This document shows positions 39,526-50,602 of a stretch of DNA of 64,000 nucleotides, one piece after another. Made by a program: the position numbers and the translations under genes. The stretch is from Octopus vulgaris (Eukaryota): the NCBI GenBank assembly GCA_951406725.2, contig OX597815.1:173662001-173726000 (forward strand), in the 5' to 3' direction. The stretch's first letter is position 1. Each line of letters starts with the position of its first letter. The notes under the pieces were generated by a model, which was given only the letters and a program-made list of their open reading frames with translations, did no database searches and was not told the origin of the DNA.

Positions 39526-40557
39526 CAGGGGGTGGACAAAATAATAGAAACACCTAGCATCATAATTTTGAAATATCTATAAAACAGTCAAAAGCTTGTT
39601 TGTTTTTATGTTTTTTGATTTATTATTAGTGTTGCTTAATATGTTTTGCTAAAATTGCTGTTTCTTTCCAGATATCATCAGAAAAAGGTAATTAAAATTC
39701 ATTAAAATGACAGATCTATTAGACTTTCAAAGAGATCAAAATTGTTGGTGCTCGTATGGCAGACGCTAGTCTAATGAAAACAGCCAAAATGTTTGGTATA
39801 TCAAAAAGTACTGTTTTGAAAGTAGTGACATCATTTGAGAAAGAGGGGGAAACCTCCTCGTCGAAACAAAACTCTGGAAGCAAACCCAAACTTTCCGATA
39901 GGGACCGTCGGACTCTTACACAGATTGTTAGAAAGGATCACAACAGTACAGCTCACAAAATTACTGCAGAGTTTGATGACTGAGAACCCAGTTTCCACAA
40001 AAACTGTTTGCCGGGAGCTGCACAAAGCCAGATTTCACAGGAGAGCTGCAATCAGAAAACCACTACTTTCAAAAACAAACGTTGCAATGTGTTTAGAGTG
40101 GAGCAAAAACCTATAGAATTGGTCCCTAGAGCAGTGGAAGAATGTTATTTTCTCAGATGAGTCATCCTTTACCCTATTTCCAACCACTTGACCAAGTATA
40201 CATGTGGAGACAGTCAAAAGAAGCATTTGACCCAGATTGCTTTCTTCCAACCGTTAAGATCTGTGATGATCTGGGGGCTATATCTTGGAAATCTGCCGGC
40301 CCAATATCAATGAAAATTTATCATGCATTTTAGAAAAGCAAGTAAGGAGTCGATATCCTTCACATTGTCACTACAAGAACTGGACACTGTTATAGCTGAA
40401 GAATGGACAAAAATTCCTTTGGAAACAATTCAAACTTTGTACGAGTCCATACCTCATAGAATTCAAGCTGTAATTACTGCCAAAGGTGGTCCTACCTTTT
40501 ATTAAAATAAATTTGTTTGAAATTTTAAGGTGTTTCCATTATTTTGTCCAACCCCTG
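39526..40557 (+). mobile_element. Second copy of the Tc1/Incomer-like element, internally deleted
   Basis: Same TIRs (CAGGGGGTGGACAAAATAATAGAAACACC / GGTGTTTCCATTATTTTGTCCAACCCCTG-TA). Retains FSDES but lacks the QDDNA...DLNIxE segment. Confidence 0.9.
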
Positions 40558-40566
40558 TATCTTAAA

Positions 40567-40937
40567 CTAGCAGTATCGCCCGGCGTTGCTCGGGTTTGTA
40601 AGGGAAATAACTATAAAGCATTTTTAGAGAGTTATAGCCAAAAAATGGGAAAAAAATGATGGTAAATTTTTTTTTAGTTAAAAAGGTGGAGTTGCGTCCC
40701 CTAGACAGTCTGTGGTTTGTGTTTCTGATTCTCGACCCCATGTCGAATTTATCGATTTTTTTCAGAACTGGGAGAACTTTTCAAAATTTTGGCTGCGTTA
40801 GTTTTGAATTATGACATTGGGCTATGTGTGTGTCAAGTTTCATCAGAATCGGTTGAAAGCCGTGGTCAGGGTGAGGGTACAACGTAACAGACACACAGAA
40901 ACACACACAGACAAACTGCCGTTTATATATAGAGAGA
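40567..40937 (-). mobile_element. Non-autonomous Helitron (371 bp)
   Basis: The minus strand starts A|TCTCTCTATATATAAA and ends with a CCCGAGCAACGCCGGG hairpin followed by CGATACTGCTAG|T. Inserted at an A|T site with no TSD; (TG)/(TCTG) microsatellite near the 5' end. Confidence 0.85.
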
Positions 40938-41249
40938 TTTCAATTAAAAAAAAAATTCCCACATTGGCATCAAAATGTTCTTGATGGAGGAAGTTGATAG
41001 AGAGGAAAGAGGTAAATTCAAAGAGCGAAAATGGTAATGACTCTACAATATTTAATAAGGACAGCAACAACAACATCATGCTAACAGTCATTAATCTTGT
41101 TTTTATGGCAACTAAAAGCGTTAACATCTCAGCCAAAGCAGATGCATTGACAAACTACAAAGACATGCAAATATAAAAATTTATACTCCCATATGCAACA
41201 AAATAACAAATGATGAAACCTCAAAAGAAAAAAGAAAAAGGACTTCACA

Positions 41250-44200
41250 TTTGCCCATCCTACAAGTCATAGGATACCCCATTCCCTCAAGGGCAAGACT
41301 GAAGCTTTTAAAAAAAAAAGCAAGATTATTACCCTGAAGTGAGGGTACTTTCTGGCTAAGGAAATAAATAGCATCTGAATCAGAACTATTTTGTATAGGT
41401 ACAACAATAATCAAGCTTGGAAGTTGCACTATGTGACTCCAGCACAAATCAAAAAATATCTGGAAGACAATGTAAGTGGAGTGTGTAGTGAGGAGACTGT
41501 GTGGAATGATGATAAGTGGTCCAAGCCATGTGCATGTTCCAGGAATTTGTGTGATACCATGCTGCCTTACATGTGTTAAGCTAGTGTGGTGGCAATGGTG
41601 GAGGAACATAGCTCTTAACTTGTGTTCCAAAAGTTAGTCACAATTGGAAGTCTTTCTGAAATCCTTGAATATTTCTGTTTCAAAGAGTATGAACAGACAC
41701 AGGTGGTTGTGAATAGGAAATGCAAATGTTACATTTACAGTAAAGCAAACCACTTTAAAGCATTGAGTCCCACAGGGCAGAAGACAAAAGCTGTGTGCCT
41801 TCTTCCAACTATTGCAACCACTAAAATAGCAGCAGCTGCAACAACAACTTCTAATTCAAAGAGAAAGGGGCTCATGAAGAAGGGTCCCTACTTACAACAT
41901 CCAGCTATCATTTGAATGAACAAGAATCAAAGAAAGCATAAAAAATTCTGGAAGTAGGGGGATTGAGAAAGAGGCACAAGGGAAAACAAACTGATGTTTA
42001 ACTTTCATAACCCAAAGTTTTGTTTGCACAAGGACTAACAAAAACTATGAAGTGCAGCCAGACCAACAAGCCAACAGGCAATCAACAATCACAGTAACTA
42101 TAATAGCTACAACTACAGTAACAAAAAGAGCTATAACAATGGCAACAGCAGAAACAACAATAATAGCACAAACTCCTCAATGATACTGTTCTCTGAAGAG
42201 GAACAATGAATTGGTGAAATTTCTACAAACAAGGGCAAAATATATTATAACTGACAGTTTTGGTGCATTCAGCTGGATTTCTTTAGCTGTTAAAGACATT
42301 CTTAGGGACCTCTTACACATTAGCATTATTGGAAAGGGAGGATGTCATCTACAAGACATACGGGCTGTTTGAGTGTAGCTTTAGGAGAGAGGTGTACAAA
42401 AGTTGTACAAACCAACTCAGGCAGTACCAACAGTTATTATTTTGATTTTCTTAAATTGTCAATGTGAACTTGAACAAAGATTACCATAGACTGTTCAAAG
42501 TTTTAAATAGTTGGCAACATGGACCACAAATTCATAATCTGTATAGTCAACTTAAATGGAACAAATGGAAGCTAAGACACCTTTCCAGTAAGGAAATATT
42601 TTGGAGACTATATTAGCAAAACACATAAGTTGGGTGTGGAAGATGATTAACAATAGGTGACTCCTACAAAAAAGGAAAACCAGGATAGCTTTGTTACTTT
42701 TGGTAAAGAAGTAGCAATAGAGAATAGAAGAGGAGCTGACTAGAAAAGGTATCATAAATGATGTGCTGGTGGAGAGGAAAACCTTTAACCATAACTTAAA
42801 CACAAAGCATGAAGGATACACTATCTGTATAAGGATGTGTGTACAGTAATACAAAGGCAAGTGAACTATTTAATAGGCTAGAGTAGTAGAGACTCAGTGA
42901 TAAAGTTACATTTTGATCTCGCACAAACTACAGTAGGCACATACCATCCAATTCTGAGCAAATGTGTGTGATTTTTTAGTAGCATTTTACCAAACTCTTT
43001 ACAAGGAGTAAAACTGGAAATGGTTGATATCATTAGCACACAGAAAGACAGACTTGTTGAACTAATGTGCAAGGGCCAAATCGTTAGGATTTGTGTATTA
43101 CAAAATAGAGAATACTGAATGATCGACCTTACATTGCTGCATGCTTGGTAGCTATCTATTATGAGTGGCAACAGACTGCAAATATTCCCAGCCAAGTGGA
43201 CTGAAAGGTGGTGATACTGTTGAGGAATGATGGAAACAACACGGGCATGATAGACAATTTCAGGTCCATAATTCTGTTAAGCACAAAGTTAAAACTTTTG
43301 GCAAAGGTACTTGCCAAGAAGTTGGCACTTGTCATTAATAGTATAGCTGGAAATGCATAAATTTTCACAATCCTTGGTAGTTCTAACCACAACTTTTATC
43401 TTGAGCAATCTAGTGTAGATATGGTTTAAGTGAAATGGTGATCAATTTAGATCAGCCTAAAGATCATAAACAGGTTCAACAAAGCAGCTACCCTAAGATC
43501 AGCTGGTTTCAACCCCATTTTCAGAAGCTGGGTTGTTGCAAAGTACAGTGACATCTGTTTGGCAGTCAAAAACCAAACAGCTACTCCTCTGAACCATTTT
43601 GCATTGTGACTGAAGTGTGTCAAGAAAGCATCATCTCCTTTCTTTTGTATGTTTTGCTGGTGGAGCTATTGTTGTGGTGGTTGGAGATATTGACAAACAT
43701 CCTATTTCAACTGGGTCAAGTGAAAGTCATGTCCTCATCACAGTGTTGGACACTTTGGAAATCTACATAGGTGGTACCACACTACCAAAATACCATGAAG
43801 TTACAGGAACACATATCAATCAGAACAAGTCAATGTGCATGCAAATTAAAGGGCTTGAAAGATCAGGAAGAAGTGGCTAATGCCAACATTTTATTGGTGT
43901 ACTACCCTTTGACCACCATGCCTCATTTGAGGAAACACCTGACTAGAATGGGACACATGCTCATTTACTTCTAGCAGAAGTGATAAGTTTTACTGATAAA
44001 GAGATCCATCTGCTGCCAATGCTTACAAGTCTATAGTGTAGATCAATCTTCCACTTGCTTTTTACAAGGAAAAGTGCAACTGGTCAGCCCCTGTCTGGTG
44101 GTTAGGGTGAAAGAAGTTGTGTGGACACAAATTGTTTCAATGATAAAAGTCCCCCCCCCCCACTTCTGACAAAGTCCTCAACAACATCTTTAAGTACCAC

Positions 44201-44470
44201 TGTAAGGGGAAAGTGAAAGTAGAGAGGGTAATGCTAATTTTCAGTTGTAGAAGAGAGTGGTGTCATCAATGAAGTTAAATAGGCTTGCTGATTACGCATT
44301 GTCAATAATGTAAGAAACTGAGCACTTCTAATGCCTATGATACATTTGAGTAATCTGGGACTTTGTGTATTGTGTGTGTGTGGTTGCCCCCACAAATTAC
44401 TCTAGGTAAATTTCTTAGCTGTTAAGGGCCTTTTCTCTTTAACATTTTCTTTTTTTCCAACAGTGTATAT
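41250..44470 (+). mobile_element. Decayed L1/Tx1-like LINE
   Basis: Degenerate gag knuckle CYIYSKANHFKALSP (~41727). RT remnants IDNFRSIILLSTKLKLLAKVLAKKL (~43250) and INLDQPK (~43441). Boundaries approximate. Confidence 0.55.
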
Positions 44471-44651
44471 TTCATTCATGTACTGTCTCTTGTGCCTATA
44501 GTAGAAAGGACTATTATTATTATTATTGAAGATGTACAGTATCCAGTATTGTGATGTTGTAGATTAAAGATATTGTGTCTACTTGGGGTGTGTACTATCT
44601 GTCAAGTCACAACAAGGACCACAGAGAGACAGTTACTGTTATTATTATTAA

Positions 44652-44870
44652 GGCAGCGAGCTGGCAGAATCGTTAGCACATTGGGCAAAATGTTTGGCAG
44701 CATTTCGTTTGTCTTTACACTTTGAGTTCAAATTCCACCAAGGTCAACTTTGCCTTTCATTCTTTTTGGGTTGATTAAATAAGTACCAGTTACACAATGG
44801 AGCTGATGTAATCAACTAACCCCTCCCCCAAAATTTCAGGCCTTGTGCCTATAGTAGAAATATTATTATT
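44652..44870 (+). mobile_element. Nin/Deu-domain-like SINE (family B)
   Basis: GGCAGCGAGCTGGCAGAATCGTTAG head, GAGTTCAAATTCC B-box, CTTTGCCTTTCAT...AAGTACCAG core, (ATT)n tail. Confidence 0.8.
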
Positions 44871-45000
44871 ATTATAAATCATTTTCATTATTATTATTAT
44901 TATAAATCATTTTCATTATTATTATTATTATTATTATAAATCATTTTCATTATTATTATTATTATTATAAATCATTTTCATTATTATTATTATATTATTA
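44862..45000. repeat. Minisatellite: 4 x ATAAATCATTTTC separated by (ATT)n
   Basis: Seen directly, immediately after the SINE tail. Confidence 0.9.
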
Positions 45001-45108
45001 AAATCAGGAAAAAAAAACATTCATTAAATTAGTAAATTAACAAAAACTGAAAAAAAAATTTTTAATTTTAAATTAGAAACAATTAGTAATATTTTAAACT
45101 GTTACTAA

Positions 45109-45345
45109 AGGTGATGGAATGGCAGAATCATTAGTACATTGGAGAAAATACCATATAGGATTTCTTCAAGCTCTATACATTCTGAGTTCAAATCTCACCA
45201 AAGTTAACTCATCTTTCATACTTCCAGGGTTAAGAAAAATAAAATGTTTCAGTCAAGTACTAGGATTGATTTAATCAATCAACCCCACTCTCCTAAATTT
45301 CAAACCATGTGCCTATATTAGAAACAATTATTATTATTATTATCA
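45109..45345 (+). mobile_element. SINE family B, older copy
   Basis: TGGCAGAATCATTAG...TCTGAGTTCAAATC...TGTGCCTATATTAGAAAC followed by (ATT)n. Confidence 0.65.
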
Positions 45346-45490
45346 TTATCATAATAATATTTTAGTAGTGTTTAAGTGAATATTATGTTATGTTTGATAA
45401 AAATGTAAAGTATTAAAAGGTAAGTAATAAAGATACTGAACTATCAAAATTTATTTTTAAATATAAGCAATTTAAATCTCAGTCACTTAC

Positions 45491-45643
45491 CTTATGTTCT
45501 ATAGATTCACCAAAATTTTCAAGCTGAGCCAGTTCTTCTTTGACAAGATTTACCATAATGCTATTGTTTATAAGATCCTGAGATAATTGTTGGATACGTT
45601 CCTTTGTATCTTTAGGATGATCCCTCATTAAGCTTTCTAGTTC
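45491..45643 (-). CDS. DMD: Dystrophin exon, 153 nt (about exon 29)
   Basis: Acceptor ATACCAG, donor GTAAGT. Encodes ELESLMRDHPKDTKERIQQLSQDLINNSIMVNLVKEELAQLENFGESIEHK. Confidence 0.88.
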
Positions 45644-45837
45644 CTGGTATATATATACATACAAATATACAATGTATTTATTAGAAAAATATTAAAGCAT
45701 AACACTAAAAGAACAACTCAAAACATGCCTATGCTGTGTGTACAAGTATGAATGAAACAATTAATTTAAAAAGAAGTATTAAAATTAATAACTATTTCTT
45801 ACTGATGGATGGTATATCAACTAATTTTCATTTGAAA

Positions 45838-46195
45838 TGGCTGTGTAGTTAAGAAGTTTATGTCCCAAATATGTGGCTTTGGTTTTAGTTCTAAACCAAC
45901 CAGAACCTTGTGAATGAATTTGGCAGAGAGAAATTGAAAGAAGCCCAATGTGTTTATGTGCATGTGTGAGTGCATATACACACGTGTTTGTTTGTATTTA
46001 GGCTCTATAAAAGCTGCTCAGTGCAAGCATTGTTGCTGTTGTCACTTCACTTCATACCTTCAAAGATGTGTGAAATAAATGATCCCATATTTGAAAAACA
46101 AGCAAATGCTAACAACAAGGACATCTGGCAGTAACACACTGCCAAAGTAATATATTCAACTAACCCATGCTAGCATGGAAAAATAAAAGTAAAAT
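45838..46195 (+). mobile_element. Old SINE, family-A head with RTE-like tail
   Basis: TGGCTGTGTAGTTAAGAAGTTT...GAAAGAAGCCC...ACCCATGCTAGCATGGAAAA. Confidence 0.55.
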
Positions 46196-46264
46196 GAACA
46201 CAACTGGATTTTCAAAGATATATGTGAAATAATTTTAATGAGTAAAATAAAACTTTCACTTTAC

Positions 46265-46365
46265 CTCAAGCTCTCCTGAAATTTCTTCAGCATCAGAGCA
46301 GTTTGCTTCATGTTGAATTTTCTTATTTAAAGCTTCTTGAAAATTTTTCTCTGACTGAATCAATT
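46265..46365 (-). CDS. DMD: Dystrophin exon, 101 nt, phase 1->0 (about exon 28)
   Basis: Acceptor ATTTTAG, donor GTAAAG. Encodes LIQSEKNFQEALNKKIQHEANCSDAEEISGELE (cf. human AEEISEVLD). Its phase complements the previous exon. Confidence 0.85.
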
Positions 46366-46964
46366 CTAAAATTGTAAAATTAATCTGAATGATTTAGTTA
46401 CAGAAAAAAAACAAAAAAACAGAAACAAATATACTCAAGATATTTCCAACAGACTAATATAGATTATAAGGACAAAGGCTATAACACAAAATGGACAGTT
46501 TTAGAAAATTACAATGTTATTCATATGAAGAGAAAATTTTTTAAATAATGTATTTCTGCTTAAAAGATATTTCTTGTTTATCTATGTAAAATAGGGGAGA
46601 GAGAATTCTCTCCAAAAACAGATAATTACAAGAATGTTAATTTTATAATTTAGACACTTTTTTTGATGGCTGCTTCAATGAAGTTTTAACTGTAATCCAA
46701 GTTGTTATGGCTAATCATTTCATTAAAGGATTCACTATTTCCATATGAGAATAAATAGGTTTTAAATTTTTATTTACCATAATGAATGGCAGTGATTTAA
46801 CCTTTTTGATATCTACCTGCCTATGGCACCTAATGCCTGGTTCTATCACCCAAACCTCTTCTTTTAAAATGAAATAAATTAAAACCTTCCAATAAAATTC
46901 CAAATGAAGTAATGTTTGAAACATCACCTTAATAATGAGTTACTTGACTAAATCTTTCATTATT

Positions 46965-47193
46965 TATTTTTTTTTTTTTGTTTTTCCAGTTTCAGCTCTT
47001 GAGCTGTGGCCATGCTGGGGCACCGCCATTGTGGTGAAAGAGTACAGCAGGGATCACCACCCCCTGCCGGAGCCTCGTAGAGCTTTTAGGTGTTTTCGCT
47101 CAATAAACACACACAACGCCCGGTCTGAGAATCGAAACCGCGATCCTGCGACCGCGAGTCCGCTGCCCTAACCACTAGGCCATTGCGCCTCTA
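46965..47193 (-). mobile_element. Young tRNA-derived SINE (family C; octopus OR-type-like)
   Basis: The minus strand reads GGCGCAATGGCCTAGTGGTTAGGG...GGTTTCGATTCTC (A/B boxes) with CpGs intact. Tail GGCGGTGCCCCAGCATGGCCACAGCTC...CTGAAAC then poly(A). Confidence 0.8.
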
Positions 47194-47893
47194 CAATATC
47201 TCTACATTATCTTCAGAATTAATTTTAAAAATACAGGGTATTTCAGCAGGAATATGATAACAAAAGCATTATGAACCGGGATGATGCCATTGTGGCATCT
47301 ATGGTCAAGGCACCTAACTCTGCATATGCTAGTTTGCCAGAGTGAATGAAAAGCAGGTTCCCTTTTGCTTCATATTTAAGTAGTTAGCAGTAAGAGCATC
47401 CAGTCATGAAAACAACTGTTCAATCAAAAGATTATTCCATCCTCACAAGCATGGAAAAAAGATCAAGAGAATCATATATGTTGGAGTGGTGGGCTCTGAG
47501 TAATTTGTAGGAATGAGGGTTGGTTAAGTCATAGTTAGTACTCTTGGGGAAGAGATTTTCCTGCTTTTTTGCAATCAGCTAAAATGTCATATACCATTCA
47601 ATAGTTACATAATTCAAATTAGGAAGAGAATCTGGCTGCAAAATATCAAGTTCCAAAAATTTATTTGCTATGAAAATCAGTTCATCTCATGCTAGGATAG
47701 AAAAAAAAATGCAAAATGTTTTTAAGGAGCACAAAATATAATGACTATTTTGAAAAAGCTATAATTTAAACTTTCAGACATAAATAGAAAATTTTAAAAC
47801 GAAATCATAAATTCAATTATAGGTTAAACATGAAACAATGAAAACCACACGAAATACAATTATCAAAATTTATTTTTTGAGATTGCATATATG

Positions 47894-48310
47894 GGTGCAG
47901 GCACGGCTGTGTGGTAAGAAGCTTGCTTCTCAACCACATGGTACCAGGCTCAGTCCCACTGTGGGACACTTTGGGTAAGTGTCTTCTACTATAGCCTCAG
48001 GTCAACCAAAACCTTATGAGTGGATTTGGTAGACGGAAGCTGAACGAAGCCCATCGTTTATATATATGTTTGTGTGTGTGAGTGCGCGCGCGTGTATTTA
48101 CGTATATGTGGCTTTGTCTGCGTTTGTCCCTCCTCCACCATCATTTGACAACCAATATTGGTGTCTTTTAAAGGTTTGGCAAAAGAGACTGATAGAATAA
48201 GTACTAGGCTCACAAAAAATATGTCCTGAGGTCAACTGCTCCAACTAAAAACCCTTTAAGATAGTTCTCCCTCATTGCCACAATCGAAATGACAAACAAG
48301 TAAAAGAGTA
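47894..48310 (+). mobile_element. SINE family A, near full length
   Basis: GCAGGCACGGCTGTGTGGTAAGAAGCTTGCTTCTCAACCACATGG... Ends about 30 bp from the donor site of the 48342 exon. Confidence 0.85.
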
Positions 48311-48341
48311 AATGGTAATTATTTAGTGCAGTAAGTCATAC

Positions 48342-48549
48342 CTTTAAATTTATACCACTTCACATCACTTTGTTCATAAACAGTAGAATAGTAGATAACT
48401 CGCTGGTAAACATCTTTCCAAAGAGAATTTAACTTCATTAAAGCACGTCCCATCTCCTGTAAGCTTTTGCTTTTATTTAACAAAACATTAGCTTCCGAGT
48501 TCAGTCTATTTATCTCAAGTTCTTTCTCCAAAACTTCTTGCTTCAGAGA
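48342..48549 (-). CDS. DMD: Dystrophin exon, 208 nt, phase 0->1 (about exon 27)
   Basis: Acceptor ATTTTAG, donor GTATGA. Encodes SLKQEVLEKELEINRLNSEANVLL...LNSLWKDVYQRV...KWYKFK. Confidence 0.88.
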
Positions 48550-48852
48550 CTAAAATTGAAGTAAAAATAAACTAAATTTTATATTACAATAAGAGCAAAT
48601 TTCTTTTATAACACAATTTTAAATACATTTCCATAGTATTTATTATTTGTTGACTAGTAAGTGAATGTGTATGTGTGAGTGAATGCACCGAGTTGTGGAT
48701 CTGTGTGGAGTTATGTGGGTGTGTCTGCAATGCATGAATGTCAGTCTGACAGCTTATGAACAAACAAGAAATTGTTCTCATAACTTTAATTTTTTTTATA
48801 ACAGTACTAAATTGATAGGCCACTGAAGAAAATAATGTTGTAAACTACTGTC

Positions 48853-48923
48853 ACATACTTGTAACCTCTTCAGTGATTCTTCCATGTGGGATGGAAGAGT
48901 TGCTGAAGAGGTTACGAGTATGT
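48853..48923. other. 71-nt hairpin (33-bp stem, 5-nt loop)
   Basis: 29 Watson-Crick plus 4 G-T pairs on the + strand, no bulges. Confidence 0.85.
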
Positions 48924-49168
48924 TATGAAAGATTTCCAGACAATGGACATTTTGTTAACCCTTCTCTAAAATTGATGAAATCAAATGAATTTTATGATGT
49001 TAAGTATGTATGAGCTTGTTCTTTTAATACATCATTACAAAAATATTTATTTGACAAGACTGATATAAAGTAATACAAAATTATTTAGCTTTAAATTAAA
49101 ATAGTACATGGATGACAGGGGTATACGATTATAATAGAGAAGTTAAATTTCTAAAAATTATACTGTAC

Positions 49169-49495
49169 CTTGAATTTTTTATTTTTAACTAACAAATCGT
49201 TGATACTATCCACTGCATAATCCTTGTTGTTGAGTTGCTGTTTTTGTTGTTCTGTCCACTTAGTTAAGCTTTCCATTCTGGAGAAAATATCTTTACTGTA
49301 TTTGATTGCATTAGCAAGACGAGTGTTCTGTTCTTGGGCAAGAGTAACAACACTATTCCACTTTTCATTCATATCTTTCACCTGTTCTTTTATGTCTTTA
49401 GTAAATTGTTCATCAGCATATTCACACAGTTGATTATGTAGTTCCCCAATACTATCAACATTTTCTTGTAATGTTAAAATATCTTCAAGAACTCC
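49169..49495 (-). CDS. DMD: Dystrophin exon, 327 nt (about exons 25+26, unsplit)
   Basis: Acceptor CTTATAG, donor GTACAG. Encodes GVLEDILTLQENVDSIGELHNQLCE...MNEKWNSVVTLAQEQ...MESLTKWTEQQ...KNKKFK. Confidence 0.9.
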
Positions 49496-49759
49496 CTATA
49501 AGTAAATAGAAAAGATCAGTATTGCAACAATCACCAGACATTTTTTCCGAAATTTTTTTTTATGAAAATAATTTGTTTTAAAACGATTTGGTTATAAAAA
49601 ATATTTTCAAAATTTTAAAATAACATCATATGTTTTTCTTTAATATCCTGTTAATTTTTAAAAATCATTTTACATGATTCATTGATGTGATTGACTATAA
49701 TTTAAAATTAAAATAACTTCATTTAAGAAAAAGAAAAGATTGTTGTATACAATTCTTAC

Positions 49760-49873
49760 ATTGCTTTCATTCATTTGAGCAGCAAGAGTTTGTAAATCTC
49801 CTGTTGCTGGATCATCAGCCTGTAAAAACACCTGCATTTCTTTCGTCCAGCGGACCATGCCAACCAATTGATT
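49760..49873 (-). CDS. DMD: Dystrophin exon, 114 nt (about exon 24)
   Basis: Acceptor TTCATAG, donor GTAAGA. Encodes NQLVGMVRWTKEMQVFLQADDPATGDLQTLAAQMNESN. Confidence 0.9.
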
Positions 49874-50386
49874 CTATGAATAAATTAAGAAATATTCAGT
49901 TATATTTAAGAGTCAATGACTAGTTTGGAAGAGAAAACATATTTTCACAATTAATACAAAATTAATTGGATAAAACAAATATAATGATGAAAAGATAATC
50001 CACTTTGCATTACTGTTTGAAAATGATTGTAGATTTGTAATGAAATTATTTTTGTTTATACCACTTAGTATAGAAAAGTAATTACTATCAAACAGAAGAG
50101 TTACATTAAAATACATTTTTATAGAAAAAGTAAAATGGTTTTTCATAATCATAAAAATTACAATGTAAAAAATATTTAACTAACAAGTAAGAATTTAATA
50201 ACTCAATCCTATAAAAATGTAATTATGAAAATTGGATTAATTCATTCCAAAATGGCATAAACATATTTTCAACAAATTCTATGTAATTAGTTCTTGATAA
50301 AGTACTTTAATCATTCTTGTGGGTAATGAGAATTTTTAACTTTTGTTTTTATAAAAAGTAAAAGTGATTATTTTAAGAGATTGTAC

Positions 50387-50602
50387 CTGAAATGACTGCA
50401 GTTGTCCAATAGTTCTATCGAGAATATCCATACGTACATCAACTGTATTAAAAACTTCACTCCATCTACAGTTCAAGGATATTAAATCAGTCTCAAGAGA
50501 TTTAGCTCTCTCATTGCTTTGAGATTTCTTTACCAGTTGTTGGCCTGTTTTATTCACATATTCTAAACTATGTATATGTTCTTGAAGATCACTTCGAAGT
50601 TT
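50387..50602 (-). CDS. DMD: Dystrophin exon, 216 nt, phase 0->0 (about exon 23)
   Basis: Acceptor CTTTTAG, donor GTACAA. Encodes KLRSDLQEHIHSLEYVNKTGQQLVKK...LNCRWSEVFNTVDVRMDILDRTIGQLQSFQ. Confidence 0.9.

Noticed and set aside
44862-45000. Repeat-spacer pattern superficially like a CRISPR array
   Set aside because: The spacers are just (ATT)n, the context is a eukaryotic intron, and there are no cas genes.
47120-47193. tRNA-like sequence on the minus strand
   Set aside because: It has no proper acceptor stem and continues into a SINE body and poly(A) tail, so it is a SINE head.
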